DNA of 32,000 nt, taken from the NCBI RefSeq assembly GCF_037902255.1, contig NZ_CP147990.1, positions 1,440,001 through 1,472,000 on the forward strand, read 5' to 3'. Source of the DNA: Candidatus Electrothrix sp. GW3-4 (GTDB lineage: Bacteria; Desulfobacterota; Desulfobulbia; Desulfobulbales; Desulfobulbaceae). The notes beneath the pieces are model-generated. The model was not told the origin of the DNA, searched no databases, and saw only the letters and a program-made list of their open reading frames with translations. Every line of letters starts with the position of its first letter. Position 1 is the first letter of the stretch. Made by a program: the position numbers and the translations under genes. Below, one piece after another: positions 23,978-32,000 of this stretch.

Positions 23978-24159
23978 TATCCCTTTCCTCTCTTTTCTAG
24001 TACGAATTTCAGTAACTGGCCCTGAATGCAAGTCTTGTATCACTACATTCGATGTGTCAGCTTACATAAGCTCATATAATCTTGTCAAAGAAAAAACCTC
24101 TCTTTTGAGGCAGTGGATATCTTCAACAGAGGGTATTAAACCGGATAGCGGAGCATCTG

Positions 24160-24966
24160 TCAACGTCCTTTTAAGTCAAGATAAATCTTGCGGACCCCCT
24201 TCTTTTTAAACTGATCGACTATACGCTCTCTTATGGCGTCAGAGTGCAGATGCTGATGGTGGGTCTTTTGTATCTGGACAAAAAACGTTTGTTCTGCGTT
24301 TGCGTCTAAACGAACTCGGCATCCGGTAAAACCGCTCTCTTCTAATATCTGCTCAAGCTCAACGATCCGGCTAAGACGCTCAGTAGTAATGAGCATTCCA
24401 TGAGGGATCCTGGTGGCAAGGCACGATGCAGAGGGGTGGTCGGCAGTATCAAGCCCCCAGTTTCGACTCAGGATTCGGATTTCCTCTTTGGAGAGACCAC
24501 AGTCTGCTAAAGGGGTACAAATGTCGAATTCGCTCAGTGCCTGCAAGCCAGGGCGTCCCGTCTCCCCTTGCCGGAGATCATCAGCATTGGTGCCGTCCAG
24601 CAGGGCTGTTGTGCCTTCCTGGTGCAGATGTTCCAGAAAAAGGCCATACAGATGCTTCTTGCAGAGATAGCAGCGGTTTTGGGGATTGGCAACAAAACCA
24701 GACCATGTCAGCGGATCTGTCTTGATGATTTGTTGGTGAAGCTCAGATGCAGCATATCCGTGGCGTTGCCCCCAAGTGTCAGCACGATCACATTCCTGCT
24801 GTTTTTGGAGACAGGAGCGGGCATGGAGGATCAAAACCCTGTTTGGCCCCAAAACATCAAGGGCAGAGCGCAGGAGAAACGAGGAGTCAACCCCGCCGGA
24901 AAAGGCGATGCCTACCCGGTCAAAACCGGAGAGAAGACGGCGGAGTTGCGTGACCTTGTTCTTCAA
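24160..24966 (-). CDS. PP-loop ATP pyrophosphatase of the LarE / TIGR00268-like family (sulfur-transfer enzyme)
   Basis: 268 aa with a TTG start 5 nt after the upstream stop. The PP-loop is VGIAFSGGVDSSFLL. It is colinear with L. plantarum LarE as I recall it (..RPGL.A.. , ..ASC..(S/T)R.P.G.. , ..RVR.. , ..LDL.G.R). Cys residues in CYLC plus SASC fit the three-cysteine LarE variants. Confidence 0.7.
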   Translation of the reverse strand: MKNKVTQLRRLLSGFDRVGIAFSGGVDSSFLLRSALDVLGPNRVLILHARSCLQKQQECDRADTWGQRHGYAASELHQQIIKTDPLTWSGFVANPQNRCYLCKKHLYGLFLEHLHQEGTTALLDGTNADDLRQGETGRPGLQALSEFDICTPLADCGLSKEEIRILSRNWGLDTADHPSASCLATRIPHGMLITTERLSRIVELEQILEESGFTGCRVRLDANAEQTFFVQIQKTHHQHLHSDAIRERIVDQFKKKGVRKIYLDLKGR

Positions 24967-24971
24967 CGGTG

Positions 24972-26183
24972 TTATTTTTCCGGGTCAAAGGAAAAATCTG
25001 CACTGGGGAAATAATCTACGGGCTCGCCCAGATGGAATTTACCGGCCTGGATCCACTCCTTGAGGGTCTCGGCGATCTTGCGAGCCCCTGGTAAAGAGGA
25101 GAGGGGGGCGGTGGGGACCTTTTTGCCTGCCACCTCTATCTCGCCACTCATGAGCTGGGCATAGCTGACCTTGCCGTAATGGCGGGCAATGCCGTTGGTG
25201 TAATCATGGCCGTAGTCCACCACATGGGTGAAGATCTCTTCATTAGAAACTCCGGTGAAACGGGCCATTTCCTCATTGAGGATAGGGATAGGTACCCCCA
25301 GACCCACAGCAAGAGAGCAGCCATAGCCCTGCAGGCTTACCCCGCGGAGCCAGTCCGCTGACATCTGTTTAAGATCACCCTGGACCATCATGGTGCCTGC
25401 GGGTCTGGTCGGCACCCCGTTTTCACCACGCGGTGCACCCGGATTATGCTGGGTCCCCTGAAAGGTCACATAGCCAACGCCACCGCCAAGAAAGATACGG
25501 GTGCCGATGCCGATGGTTCGGTAGAGCGGGTCGTTGAGCAGGGGACTGAGCTGGCCTGCGCTGCAATAATTGGCATTACGGCAATGAGGTTTTAGGGTGC
25601 CCATATAGGTATAGACGATCTTGTCCGAGAGATTGACCGCACAATTATAGTTTTGGTAGCCGTTGCGCGGGTTACAGAGCAGGGCATGGGGCATCTCGGC
25701 CAGAGTTATTTCCTTTTTGCACTTGGTATTGGCATAGCAGTCTGTGGGATAGGCCTTGGCCTCGAGCTGTACGGCCTTGCCCGCCACCAGGTCTTCGATA
25801 ATATGGCCTCCGCCGTAACGGAACTCACCGGGGTAGACCTGATTGAGCGGATCACCCTCTGTGGGTTCTGTAGCGCCCAGGTAGATGTCAATGGCTGCAA
25901 TCCCGGCATAGGCAGCAACCTTGTTAATCGAGACCTTTTGTGCCTTGATGGTCGGGTTGGTCTGGCCGAAGTTGAGAAATACGCCAGAGGAGCACATGGT
26001 GGAAAAGGTACCGGTGGTGACCACATCGACTCGGTGGGCCGCCTCAACAGGGCCTTCCTGCCGGACAATATCAACCATCTCATCCGCTGTGACCACCACG
26101 GCCTCACCCGCCTTGATTCGGGCATTGATTTCCGCGTAGGTTTTATTCACCTGAAACTTGCTCTCTTGCTTCGGATCGCTCAT
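24972..26183 (-). CDS. COG1900/DUF39 homocysteine-biosynthesis protein (aspartate-semialdehyde sulfurtransferase-like)
   Basis: 403 aa. The N-terminus ..KTYAEINARIKAGEAVVVTADEMVDIV.. and the Gly-rich core are typical of COG1900 proteins (Methanosarcina MA1821 type) as I recall them. Strong RBS AAGGAAGAAAGG. Confidence 0.7.
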   Translation of the reverse strand: MSDPKQESKFQVNKTYAEINARIKAGEAVVVTADEMVDIVRQEGPVEAAHRVDVVTTGTFSTMCSSGVFLNFGQTNPTIKAQKVSINKVAAYAGIAAIDIYLGATEPTEGDPLNQVYPGEFRYGGGHIIEDLVAGKAVQLEAKAYPTDCYANTKCKKEITLAEMPHALLCNPRNGYQNYNCAVNLSDKIVYTYMGTLKPHCRNANYCSAGQLSPLLNDPLYRTIGIGTRIFLGGGVGYVTFQGTQHNPGAPRGENGVPTRPAGTMMVQGDLKQMSADWLRGVSLQGYGCSLAVGLGVPIPILNEEMARFTGVSNEEIFTHVVDYGHDYTNGIARHYGKVSYAQLMSGEIEVAGKKVPTAPLSSLPGARKIAETLKEWIQAGKFHLGEPVDYFPSADFSFDPEK

Positions 26184-26460
26184 CCTTTCTTCCTTTGTGT
26201 GCGTTCTCGACCGGTTCTCTGACTTTTTCCAATGAAAATCGTTCAGCTCTTTAATTCTTCATTTTTTGTTTGCAACCCATGCCCGATGGTTTTAGCATGT
26301 TGAAATATTCTACTATACCTGAACCTGCATTGCGCGCCAAACGTTTTCCGGTTTTTGTTGATTTTGTTGCTGCGGGCAGGAAATTTTATTTGATGATTTA
26401 ATTCGTACGTCTCGTTTTTCTGAAAGGTTAGGTTGAGAGGTCGTTCTTGGTGTTTTCTCT

Positions 26461-27339
26461 ATGCGTACAGGCGGTAATCCACAGTCGTTGTTTCTTTCCC
26501 TACAACAGGTCATTCGAGATGTCGGGTTGCTTTGTCTTGGCGGAGTTCTCTGTGCCATCGGGATTAACAGTGTCCTGATTCCCCATAATTTTGTTACCGG
26601 TGGAGTCACGGGTATTGCCCTGATAGTCTATAAAATATTTCCCTTCCTTGATCCGGGAATGATCTATCTGGCCCTGAATGTACCGCTTTTTGTCCTGGCC
26701 TGGATGGTGGTGGGGCGGCGTTTTTTTGTCTACAGCATCCTGGGGACGGTTGCCCTCAGTGTCTCCCTGCTCTTTTTTCATTTTGATCTTCACGTCAAGG
26801 ATCAGATGCTCAATGCCCTGCTGGCTGGTGTCATTCTCGGAGGCGGTGCGGGTCTCTGCCTGAAGACCTCTGGTTCGCAGGGGGGCACGGATATGCTTTC
26901 TGTTATGCTACTGAAGCGCTTTTCTGTCAAGATTGGCACGACCCTGATGGTCCTGAATGGTCTTGTTCTCCTGCTTATCTCTGTCTCGTATTCCATTGAG
27001 GCGGTTCTGTACACCATGATTGTTGTTGTTGTCAGCTCCAAGATGATTAATCTGGTGGTGGTTGGTCTCAGTCAGCGCAAGGCGGTTTTTATTATTTCTC
27101 GCCAGTGGGAGAGCATTTCTCAGGAAATTCTCAAGGATATCCGGCGCGGGGTAACTATCATCAAAGGGGAGGGGGGCTACAGCCACGAGGAGGAGAAGAT
27201 CCTCTATGCAGTTGTGCAGCTGAGGGAAATTGGCCTACTGAAACGACTCGTGCATACGATTGATCCTGATGCCTTTGTGGTGATCAGCGATACCCAGGAG
27301 GTCATCAACTACAGGATCGGAAATCAACCGCATTGGTAA
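26461..27339 (+). CDS. YitT family membrane protein (DUF161 repeats plus C-terminal DUF2179)
   Basis: 292 aa. There are 5-6 TM segments with repeated GG(V/T)(T/D)G motifs (FVTGGVTGIAL ; GSQGGTDMLS) and a soluble C-terminal domain (GVTIIKGEGGYS..ILY.V....E...LK..V..IDP.AFV.I). Confidence 0.75.
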   Translation: MRTGGNPQSLFLSLQQVIRDVGLLCLGGVLCAIGINSVLIPHNFVTGGVTGIALIVYKIFPFLDPGMIYLALNVPLFVLAWMVVGRRFFVYSILGTVALSVSLLFFHFDLHVKDQMLNALLAGVILGGGAGLCLKTSGSQGGTDMLSVMLLKRFSVKIGTTLMVLNGLVLLLISVSYSIEAVLYTMIVVVVSSKMINLVVVGLSQRKAVFIISRQWESISQEILKDIRRGVTIIKGEGGYSHEEEKILYAVVQLREIGLLKRLVHTIDPDAFVVISDTQEVINYRIGNQPHW

Positions 27340-27457
27340 TAGGTTGTGATGAGATGAGAATACACTCAGGGGGGAATCACCGGGTTCTTGGTGGGCGCTG
27401 TTTCGTTTTCACCAAAGATCTTCCATTGTTGGTTGTGAAGGTAGCAGCAGAATCGTT

Positions 27458-28045
27458 ATGACGAAGTCAAAGCTCAGGCAATCATTTTACACCGTTGGTG
27501 TGATATATTTTGTGGCCTTGATCTGCGGGATCGTCTTCCGTGTGCTTGATCCGTCTCGGGAGGCATTACTCTATAATACCTATAAGGATCTCATCCCTTT
27601 TGTTATAATCATGCCCGCAACCTGGCTGGGGTACTGTTTGCAGCAGCGGATCAGTTATATGCAGCAGCTGCGGATCATCTGGAGTAATCTGGTCGCCACA
27701 ATTCAGAGTGCTCATCAGTATACCTTTCTGGAGGATCCAAGCCCGGAGCAGTATGCAGAGATCTTGAAACAGATCAGCATCTCCATTGATGAAATCAGGG
27801 GCGTCTTTGATAATCTGTATGTAACTGCCGATGATGTGGGCCTGTATCCGTTTGAGCCGCTTAAAGATGTCTGGCAGGAGATAGCTAAGATAGCGCCGGG
27901 CAATACGCTCTCCAAAGAGGACAGGAAGGTTATTCGGCAGGCTGTTTTTCGGAAATGGCAAGAGATGCGGATTGAGTTTTTGAAGGAATTTGATCGCCAT
28001 GTCCCGGCCAGTCCGATACTTGATAAACGGAAGACCGGGGAGTAG
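27458..28045 (+). CDS. Hypothetical membrane protein (2 TM plus a helical cytoplasmic domain)
   Basis: 195-aa ORF with two N-terminal hydrophobic helices (FYTVGVIYFVALICGIVF, LIPFVIIMPATWLGYCL). Codon composition resembles its neighbours. No recognisable motif. Confidence 0.55.
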   Translation: MTKSKLRQSFYTVGVIYFVALICGIVFRVLDPSREALLYNTYKDLIPFVIIMPATWLGYCLQQRISYMQQLRIIWSNLVATIQSAHQYTFLEDPSPEQYAEILKQISISIDEIRGVFDNLYVTADDVGLYPFEPLKDVWQEIAKIAPGNTLSKEDRKVIRQAVFRKWQEMRIEFLKEFDRHVPASPILDKRKTGE

Positions 28046-28133
28046 ATGTGAAATAGGGGCGCTTGGTCACTAAGGTCTTGCAGAAAGATATCCAGAACGC
28101 GCAATGCAACATACTTAAAAAAAGGAGACGGAA

Positions 28134-28592
28134 ATGGATAAAACAGAGGTGATTACGATCCTGAAACTCGCTGCAGTGTCCCACCGGGCATGGCTCAGCA
28201 ATGCCCAGGCCTTGATAGATGGTATTCCTTTGGATAAGGATAAGGTGCCAGTCGGTGCTACTGAATGTGAGTTTGGCAAATGGTACTACGGTGACGGGCA
28301 GCAGTTGAAAAATATTACGGGCTTTAAGGAAATCGAAAAAGCGCACGATAAACTCCACGAAACATATATGGAAATATTCGCTCTTCTCTATGGTGATAAA
28401 AGCAAAAAGCCATCTTTTTTCAGCAAACTCATAGGGACTGCCCAAAAGGCTGCCGCTGAAAAGCGGGAAGCAGCAAGGGCAAAATCACTTATCCTTAAAG
28501 ATCACTCCACAGAGGTTATTGATAGAATGGAGCATCTGCAAAAGGTGATCAACGCAATGGGTGAGAAACAACTCTCCAGCTACCTATCTTAA
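28134..28592 (+). CDS. CZB (chemoreceptor zinc-binding) domain protein, stand-alone
   Basis: 152 aa. It fully matches the 3His/1Cys CZB pattern: HRAW, 24 residues, CEFGKW, 20 residues, HDKLH. RBS AAGGAGA lies before ATG 28134. Confidence 0.8.
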   Translation: MDKTEVITILKLAAVSHRAWLSNAQALIDGIPLDKDKVPVGATECEFGKWYYGDGQQLKNITGFKEIEKAHDKLHETYMEIFALLYGDKSKKPSFFSKLIGTAQKAAAEKREAARAKSLILKDHSTEVIDRMEHLQKVINAMGEKQLSSYLS

Positions 28593-28670
28593 AAAAACAG
28601 ACTATAACTACTTCCCGTCCAGCCCATGTCTGGATAGACATAATGACCCGTTAGAGTGAAAATTTATACA

Positions 28671-29774
28671 ATGGATGACAAGAAGACCATACCCCAGGTT
28701 CGGCAGCGGATTGATGAGATCGATGATACCGTACTAAGTCTGCTCAAGGAGCGCCTTGACTGCGCCTGTAGGATTGGTGCGCTGAAAAAAGAATCATCAC
28801 GTTCAACCTGGGACCCACGTCGTGAGCGTGAGATCTACCAGCGCCTACTGGATGATAATGACGAAAAATTTCCAGAAAAGGCCTTGAAGAGCATCTTTCA
28901 CGAGATTATTACTGCCTGTCGATTGGCCCAGAAGAACGTTGAGGTGGCCTTTCTCGGCCCGGAGGCCACCTTTACCCATCTGGCCGGGGTGCGTTTTTTC
29001 GGGCAGACTGCCGAGTATAAGGCCCTGGAAACCATTGATGAGGTTTTTCGCGAGGTGGAAAAGGGCAGGGTCCAGTACGGGATCGTGCCGGTGGAAAATT
29101 CCATTGAAGGGGCGGTGTTTTCCACCCTGGACTCGTTTATGAAGTATCGGGTCAAGATCTGCGGTGAACTGCGCCTGCCTATTCGGCATAATTTGGTCTG
29201 TCAATCTGGCGATATCAAGGATATTCAGACCGTGGCCTCCCATTATCAGCCCCTGGCCCAATGTCGGGAATGGCTGCGCAAGCATATGGCCAATATCCCC
29301 ACCCTAGAGGTCTTTTCTACAGCCGGGGCCGCCCAGATGGCGGCCAATAATCCCAATATCGGCGCCATTGCCAGTGAGCTCTCGGTGAAGACCTATAATG
29401 TCCAGGTGGCGGTGAGCGGGATTGAGGATTATCAGGGCAATACCACCCGCTTCCTGGTGATCGGACGGCAATCCCCCATGCCCAGCGGCTCGGATAAGAC
29501 CTCGCTGCTGCTCGGCATGGCGGATCGCCCCGGCGCCCTGAACGAGGCCCTGACTGTGCTCTCTGCCAAGGGGATCAATCTGGCCAAGATCGAATCCCGG
29601 CCCATCAAGGGCAAGCAGTGGAAGTACCTCTTCTTCCTTGACCTGATCGGTCATATCGAAGATCCGGCTATCAAGGAGGGCTGCTCCATTCTCCGGCAGA
29701 TCTGCGCCTATTATGAATGGCTGGGCTCCTATCCCAAGGCGGAGAGCAGCGAGGCGGTGGGCGAACATGTCTAA
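28671..29774 (+). CDS. pheA: Bifunctional chorismate mutase / prephenate dehydratase (P-protein)
   Basis: The chorismate mutase helix is IRQRIDEIDDTVLSLLKERL. The prephenate dehydratase domain is VAFLGPEATFTH..; the ACT domain is TSLLLGMADRPGALNEAL..ESRP. The start could be GTG 28656 or ATG 28671. The stop overlaps the next gene's start (ATGTCTAA). Confidence 0.9.
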   Translation: MDDKKTIPQVRQRIDEIDDTVLSLLKERLDCACRIGALKKESSRSTWDPRREREIYQRLLDDNDEKFPEKALKSIFHEIITACRLAQKNVEVAFLGPEATFTHLAGVRFFGQTAEYKALETIDEVFREVEKGRVQYGIVPVENSIEGAVFSTLDSFMKYRVKICGELRLPIRHNLVCQSGDIKDIQTVASHYQPLAQCREWLRKHMANIPTLEVFSTAGAAQMAANNPNIGAIASELSVKTYNVQVAVSGIEDYQGNTTRFLVIGRQSPMPSGSDKTSLLLGMADRPGALNEALTVLSAKGINLAKIESRPIKGKQWKYLFFLDLIGHIEDPAIKEGCSILRQICAYYEWLGSYPKAESSEAVGEHV

Positions 29775-31611
29775 CCTGCTTTCCTGTCGCGATCTGAGCA
29801 AGGCCTTTGGGGCCCAGACCTTGTTTTCCTCGGTCGGCCTGGTCCTGGCCAAGGGGGATCGGGTCGGCTTGATCGGTCCTAATGGCTCGGGAAAATCGAC
29901 CCTGCTCAAGATCCTTGCCGGGATGATTACCGCAGATAGCGGCGAGATCTTCCGTCAGCGCCATGTCCGGGTCAGTTATCTGGCCCAGGCTGATATCTTT
30001 GACGAAGAAAAAACGTGCGCTGATAACCTCTATCCTGCCGTGTCAGCACTCCATCTGGAGGAGGCAGAGCAGTATAACCGGGTCCACAGTCTGCTCAGTC
30101 GGGCCGAGTTCCCAGACCCGGAGAGCCCGGTACAGCTGCTTTCCGGGGGCTGGCGCAAGCGCTTGGCCATCTGCCGGGCCCTGGTGGTCCATCCTGATGT
30201 GCTGGTCATGGATGAGCCCACCAACCATCTGGACATCGAAGGTATTCTCTGGCTGGAAAAGCTGCTCAAGGCCTCATTACCGGAAAGCCCGGCTGCCTAT
30301 CTCATGGTCAGCCATGATCGTCGTTTTTTGGAAAACACGGTCAACCGGATCATTGAGCTCTCTGCTGCCTATCCTGAAGGGACCCTCCAGGTTGATGGGG
30401 ATTACCCCACCTTTTTGGCGAAACGGGAGCTCATTCTGGAACAGCAGCAGGAACAGGAGGAACGACTGGCCAATAAGGTCAGGCGAGAGAACGAGTGGCT
30501 CAGTCGCGGGCCCAAGGCCCGGGCCACCAAGGCTAAGTCGCGCAAGGATGCGGCCTATCGGCTCCAGGATGAACTGAGCGTGGTCAAGCAGCGCAATCGG
30601 GTAGGGACTGCGGTGGATATCGCCTTTGACGGCACTGAGCGCAAGACCAGGAAGCTGCTGGTCGCCAGCGGAGTCAGTAAGGCCTTTGAGGGACGTACCC
30701 TGTTTAGCGACCTTGATCTGACCTTGTCACCGGGTACTCGGCTCGGCCTCCTCGGTCGGAACGGCTGCGGCAAGTCCACCTTGATGCAGATTTTGGCGGC
30801 AGCAGGTTCTGATGATGGTCTGCGGCCGGATAGCGGTACGGTCACCGCTGCAGATAATCTGCGCATTGTTAATTTTGATCAGCGTCGGGAACAGCTGGAT
30901 CAGGAGCAGACCCTGCGCCGGGCCCTGGCCCCGGACGGCGATTCCGTGGTCTACCAGGACCGTTCCATCCATGTGGCCTCTTGGGCCCAGCGCTTTCTCT
31001 TTCGCACCGATCAGTTGGAGACCCCGGTGGCTCGCCTTTCCGGTGGGGAACAGGCTCGGATCCTTATCGCCTCGCTGATGCGTCAGCCTGCGGATATCCT
31101 CCTTTTGGACGAGCCCACCAATGATCTGGATATTCCCTCCCTCAATGTCCTGGAGCAGAGTCTTAACGAGTTTGCCGGGGCCCTGGTCCTGGTCACCCAT
31201 GACCGTTTTATGCTGGATCGCATCTGTGATCAGGTCCTTGGCTTTGACGGGCAGGGCAAGGCCACTCTGTTTGCCGATTATGGGCAATGGCTGGCTGCTC
31301 TTAACGTAGGGGGCAACGCGGAAGAGGGGAAAAAGCAGCGTAAGAAGAAGGCGCAGAGCAAACCTGCTGCCAAGAAATCCGCGAAAAAGCTTTCCTACAT
31401 GGATCAGCGTGAGTACGATCAGATGGAGGAAAAGATTTTGGAGGCAGAGAGTCGTCAGGAGGAACTGGAGGCTCAGATACAGGCCCCAGAAACAACGGCA
31501 GATCCGGCCAGGCTGACTGAGTGCTGTGAGGAACTGGAGATTGTCCAGAAAAAAATTGCCGATTTGTATAGTCGTTGGGAAGAATTGGAGGAGATGCGGA
31601 ATGGTGAGTAA
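29767..31611 (+). CDS. ABC-F family ATPase (Uup-like, two ABC domains plus a C-terminal coiled coil)
   Basis: 614 aa from ATG 29767 (the track ORF is over-extended). Walker A is GPNGSGKS / GRNGCGKS, the signature is LSGGWRKR / LSGGEQAR, and Walker B is VLVMDEPTNHLD / LLLDEPTNDLD. It has no TM domain and a Lys-rich linker KKQRKKKAQSKPAAKKSAKK. Confidence 0.9.
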   Translation: MSNLLSCRDLSKAFGAQTLFSSVGLVLAKGDRVGLIGPNGSGKSTLLKILAGMITADSGEIFRQRHVRVSYLAQADIFDEEKTCADNLYPAVSALHLEEAEQYNRVHSLLSRAEFPDPESPVQLLSGGWRKRLAICRALVVHPDVLVMDEPTNHLDIEGILWLEKLLKASLPESPAAYLMVSHDRRFLENTVNRIIELSAAYPEGTLQVDGDYPTFLAKRELILEQQQEQEERLANKVRRENEWLSRGPKARATKAKSRKDAAYRLQDELSVVKQRNRVGTAVDIAFDGTERKTRKLLVASGVSKAFEGRTLFSDLDLTLSPGTRLGLLGRNGCGKSTLMQILAAAGSDDGLRPDSGTVTAADNLRIVNFDQRREQLDQEQTLRRALAPDGDSVVYQDRSIHVASWAQRFLFRTDQLETPVARLSGGEQARILIASLMRQPADILLLDEPTNDLDIPSLNVLEQSLNEFAGALVLVTHDRFMLDRICDQVLGFDGQGKATLFADYGQWLAALNVGGNAEEGKKQRKKKAQSKPAAKKSAKKLSYMDQREYDQMEEKILEAESRQEELEAQIQAPETTADPARLTECCEELEIVQKKIADLYSRWEELEEMRNGE

Positions 31612-31792
31612 GATGAGTGAACAGACAGAGCAGCATCCTCCGCAGCAACCTCCCTGTCCCACTTGCGGCGGCACCGGGCAGCTCAACTTTTTTAAAGGGG
31701 AAAGTCGCTTCCTCCTCTCGGCAGAGGAATGCCCGTCCTGTTGCGGGTTCGGATATGTGCAGGAGGATGAGGACCGGCTGGCAAAGGATTGA
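31601..31792 (+). CDS. Small protein with two DnaJ-type CxxCxGxG zinc-finger motifs
   Basis: 63 aa from ATG 31601 (GGAGGAG 7 nt upstream; overlaps the ABC-F stop by 11 nt) or 59 aa from ATG 31613. It contains CPTCGGTG and CPSCCGFG. Confidence 0.55.
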   Translation: MVSKMSEQTEQHPPQQPPCPTCGGTGQLNFFKGESRFLLSAEECPSCCGFGYVQEDEDRLAKD

Positions 31793-31794
31793 AT

Positions 31795-32000
31795 ATGGAA
31801 ACCATTATCACTTACGGCATTGTCTATCTGCTGGTCTTCCGGCTGGCCGTGCTTCTGCTGGGCGGGCTGTGCATCTTCTGGGGCTACCGCCTGTTCCTCG
31901 CGCCTCTGGGGCAGGAAGGCAGCGGAACCGGCAGCCCTGATCAGGGCGGTGAGTTGCAGATCAAGAGAGGCAGCAGCAGTGTCCTGCTTAAAAGTACTGC
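31795..32000 (+). CDS. Partial CDS: small membrane protein (5' part, runs off the window)
   Basis: ATG 31795 lies 2 nt after the previous stop. The frame stays open to the window edge (METIITYGIVYLLVFRLAVLLLGGLCIFWGYRLF..), has one clear TM helix and GC-rich third positions like its neighbours. It is absent from the ORF track because no stop codon falls in the window. Confidence 0.45.
   Translation, partial: METIITYGIVYLLVFRLAVLLLGGLCIFWGYRLFLAPLGQEGSGTGSPDQGGELQIKRGSSSVLLKST

Noticed and set aside
23978-24043. 22-aa N-terminal extension of the HU ORF
   Set aside because: HU proteins are about 90 aa and begin MNK(K/S)EL. ATG 23977 has a GAGGAAAGG RBS, and the extension has no support.
26184-26460. 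Possible SAM/SAH or other riboswitch in the 277-nt leader upstream of the COG1900 homocysteine gene
   Set aside because: I could not recognise SAM-I, SAM-II or SAH riboswitch core sequences, or a convincing multi-stem structure, by eye on the minus strand. A covariance-model scan (Rfam/Infernal) is needed before making any claim.
30727-31686. 319-aa minus-strand ORF, plus other long antisense ORFs (25653-26222, 29304-29909, 2806-3363)
   Set aside because: All lie antisense to CDSs with unambiguous family motifs (ABC-F, COG1900, PheA, MurJ). Their translations are Pro/Arg/Gly-rich low-complexity sequence, as expected for shadow frames.
1-32000. CRISPR arrays, IS elements/transposases, integrases, toxin-antitoxin pairs, rRNA, known defence-system genes
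   Set aside because: I saw no regularly spaced direct repeats, no terminal inverted repeats flanking an ORF, and no DDE, tyrosine- or serine-recombinase-like ORFs. No intergenic gap exceeds about 280 nt. The only RNA gene I could fold is tRNA-Pro.

Overview
The window looks like a chromosomal segment from a Gram-negative anaerobe. A Desulfobacterota-like origin is my inference only, based on VKOR replacing DsbB, a COG1900 homocysteine gene and an EF-G2-type paralog. The flanks (about 1-7300 and 21600-32000) are ordinary housekeeping DNA at over 50% G+C by spot counts. They carry an EF-G-like GTPase, murJ, a secreted metzincin, a lone gspF/pilC-type platform gene, rmlB/rmlC, tRNA-Pro(CGG), HU, a LarE-like PP-loop ATPase with a COG1900 protein, a YitT-family protein, a CZB zinc-sensor protein, pheA and an ABC-F ATPase. 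The centre (about 7.4-21.4 kb) is visibly AT-richer and holds the most interesting content. A type IV pilin gene is followed by two tandem paralogous proteins that each combine a GT-C-type membrane domain with TPR repeats (the architecture of eukaryotic TMTC O-mannosyltransferases). Next come wecE, a WecD-like acetyltransferase, a GtrB/ArnC/Dpm1-type polyprenyl-phosphate GT2, two SAM methyltransferases, two more large polytopic (GT-C-like) membrane proteins and a VKOR-DsbA fusion. I read this as a candidate, apparently undescribed, periplasmic protein (pilin?) glycosylation and maturation system. It would load a 4-acetamido-4,6-dideoxyhexose (Fuc4NAc-type) onto a polyprenyl-phosphate carrier. 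All functions are inferred by eye from motifs; no searches were run. I saw no CRISPR array, rRNA, transposase or integrase.
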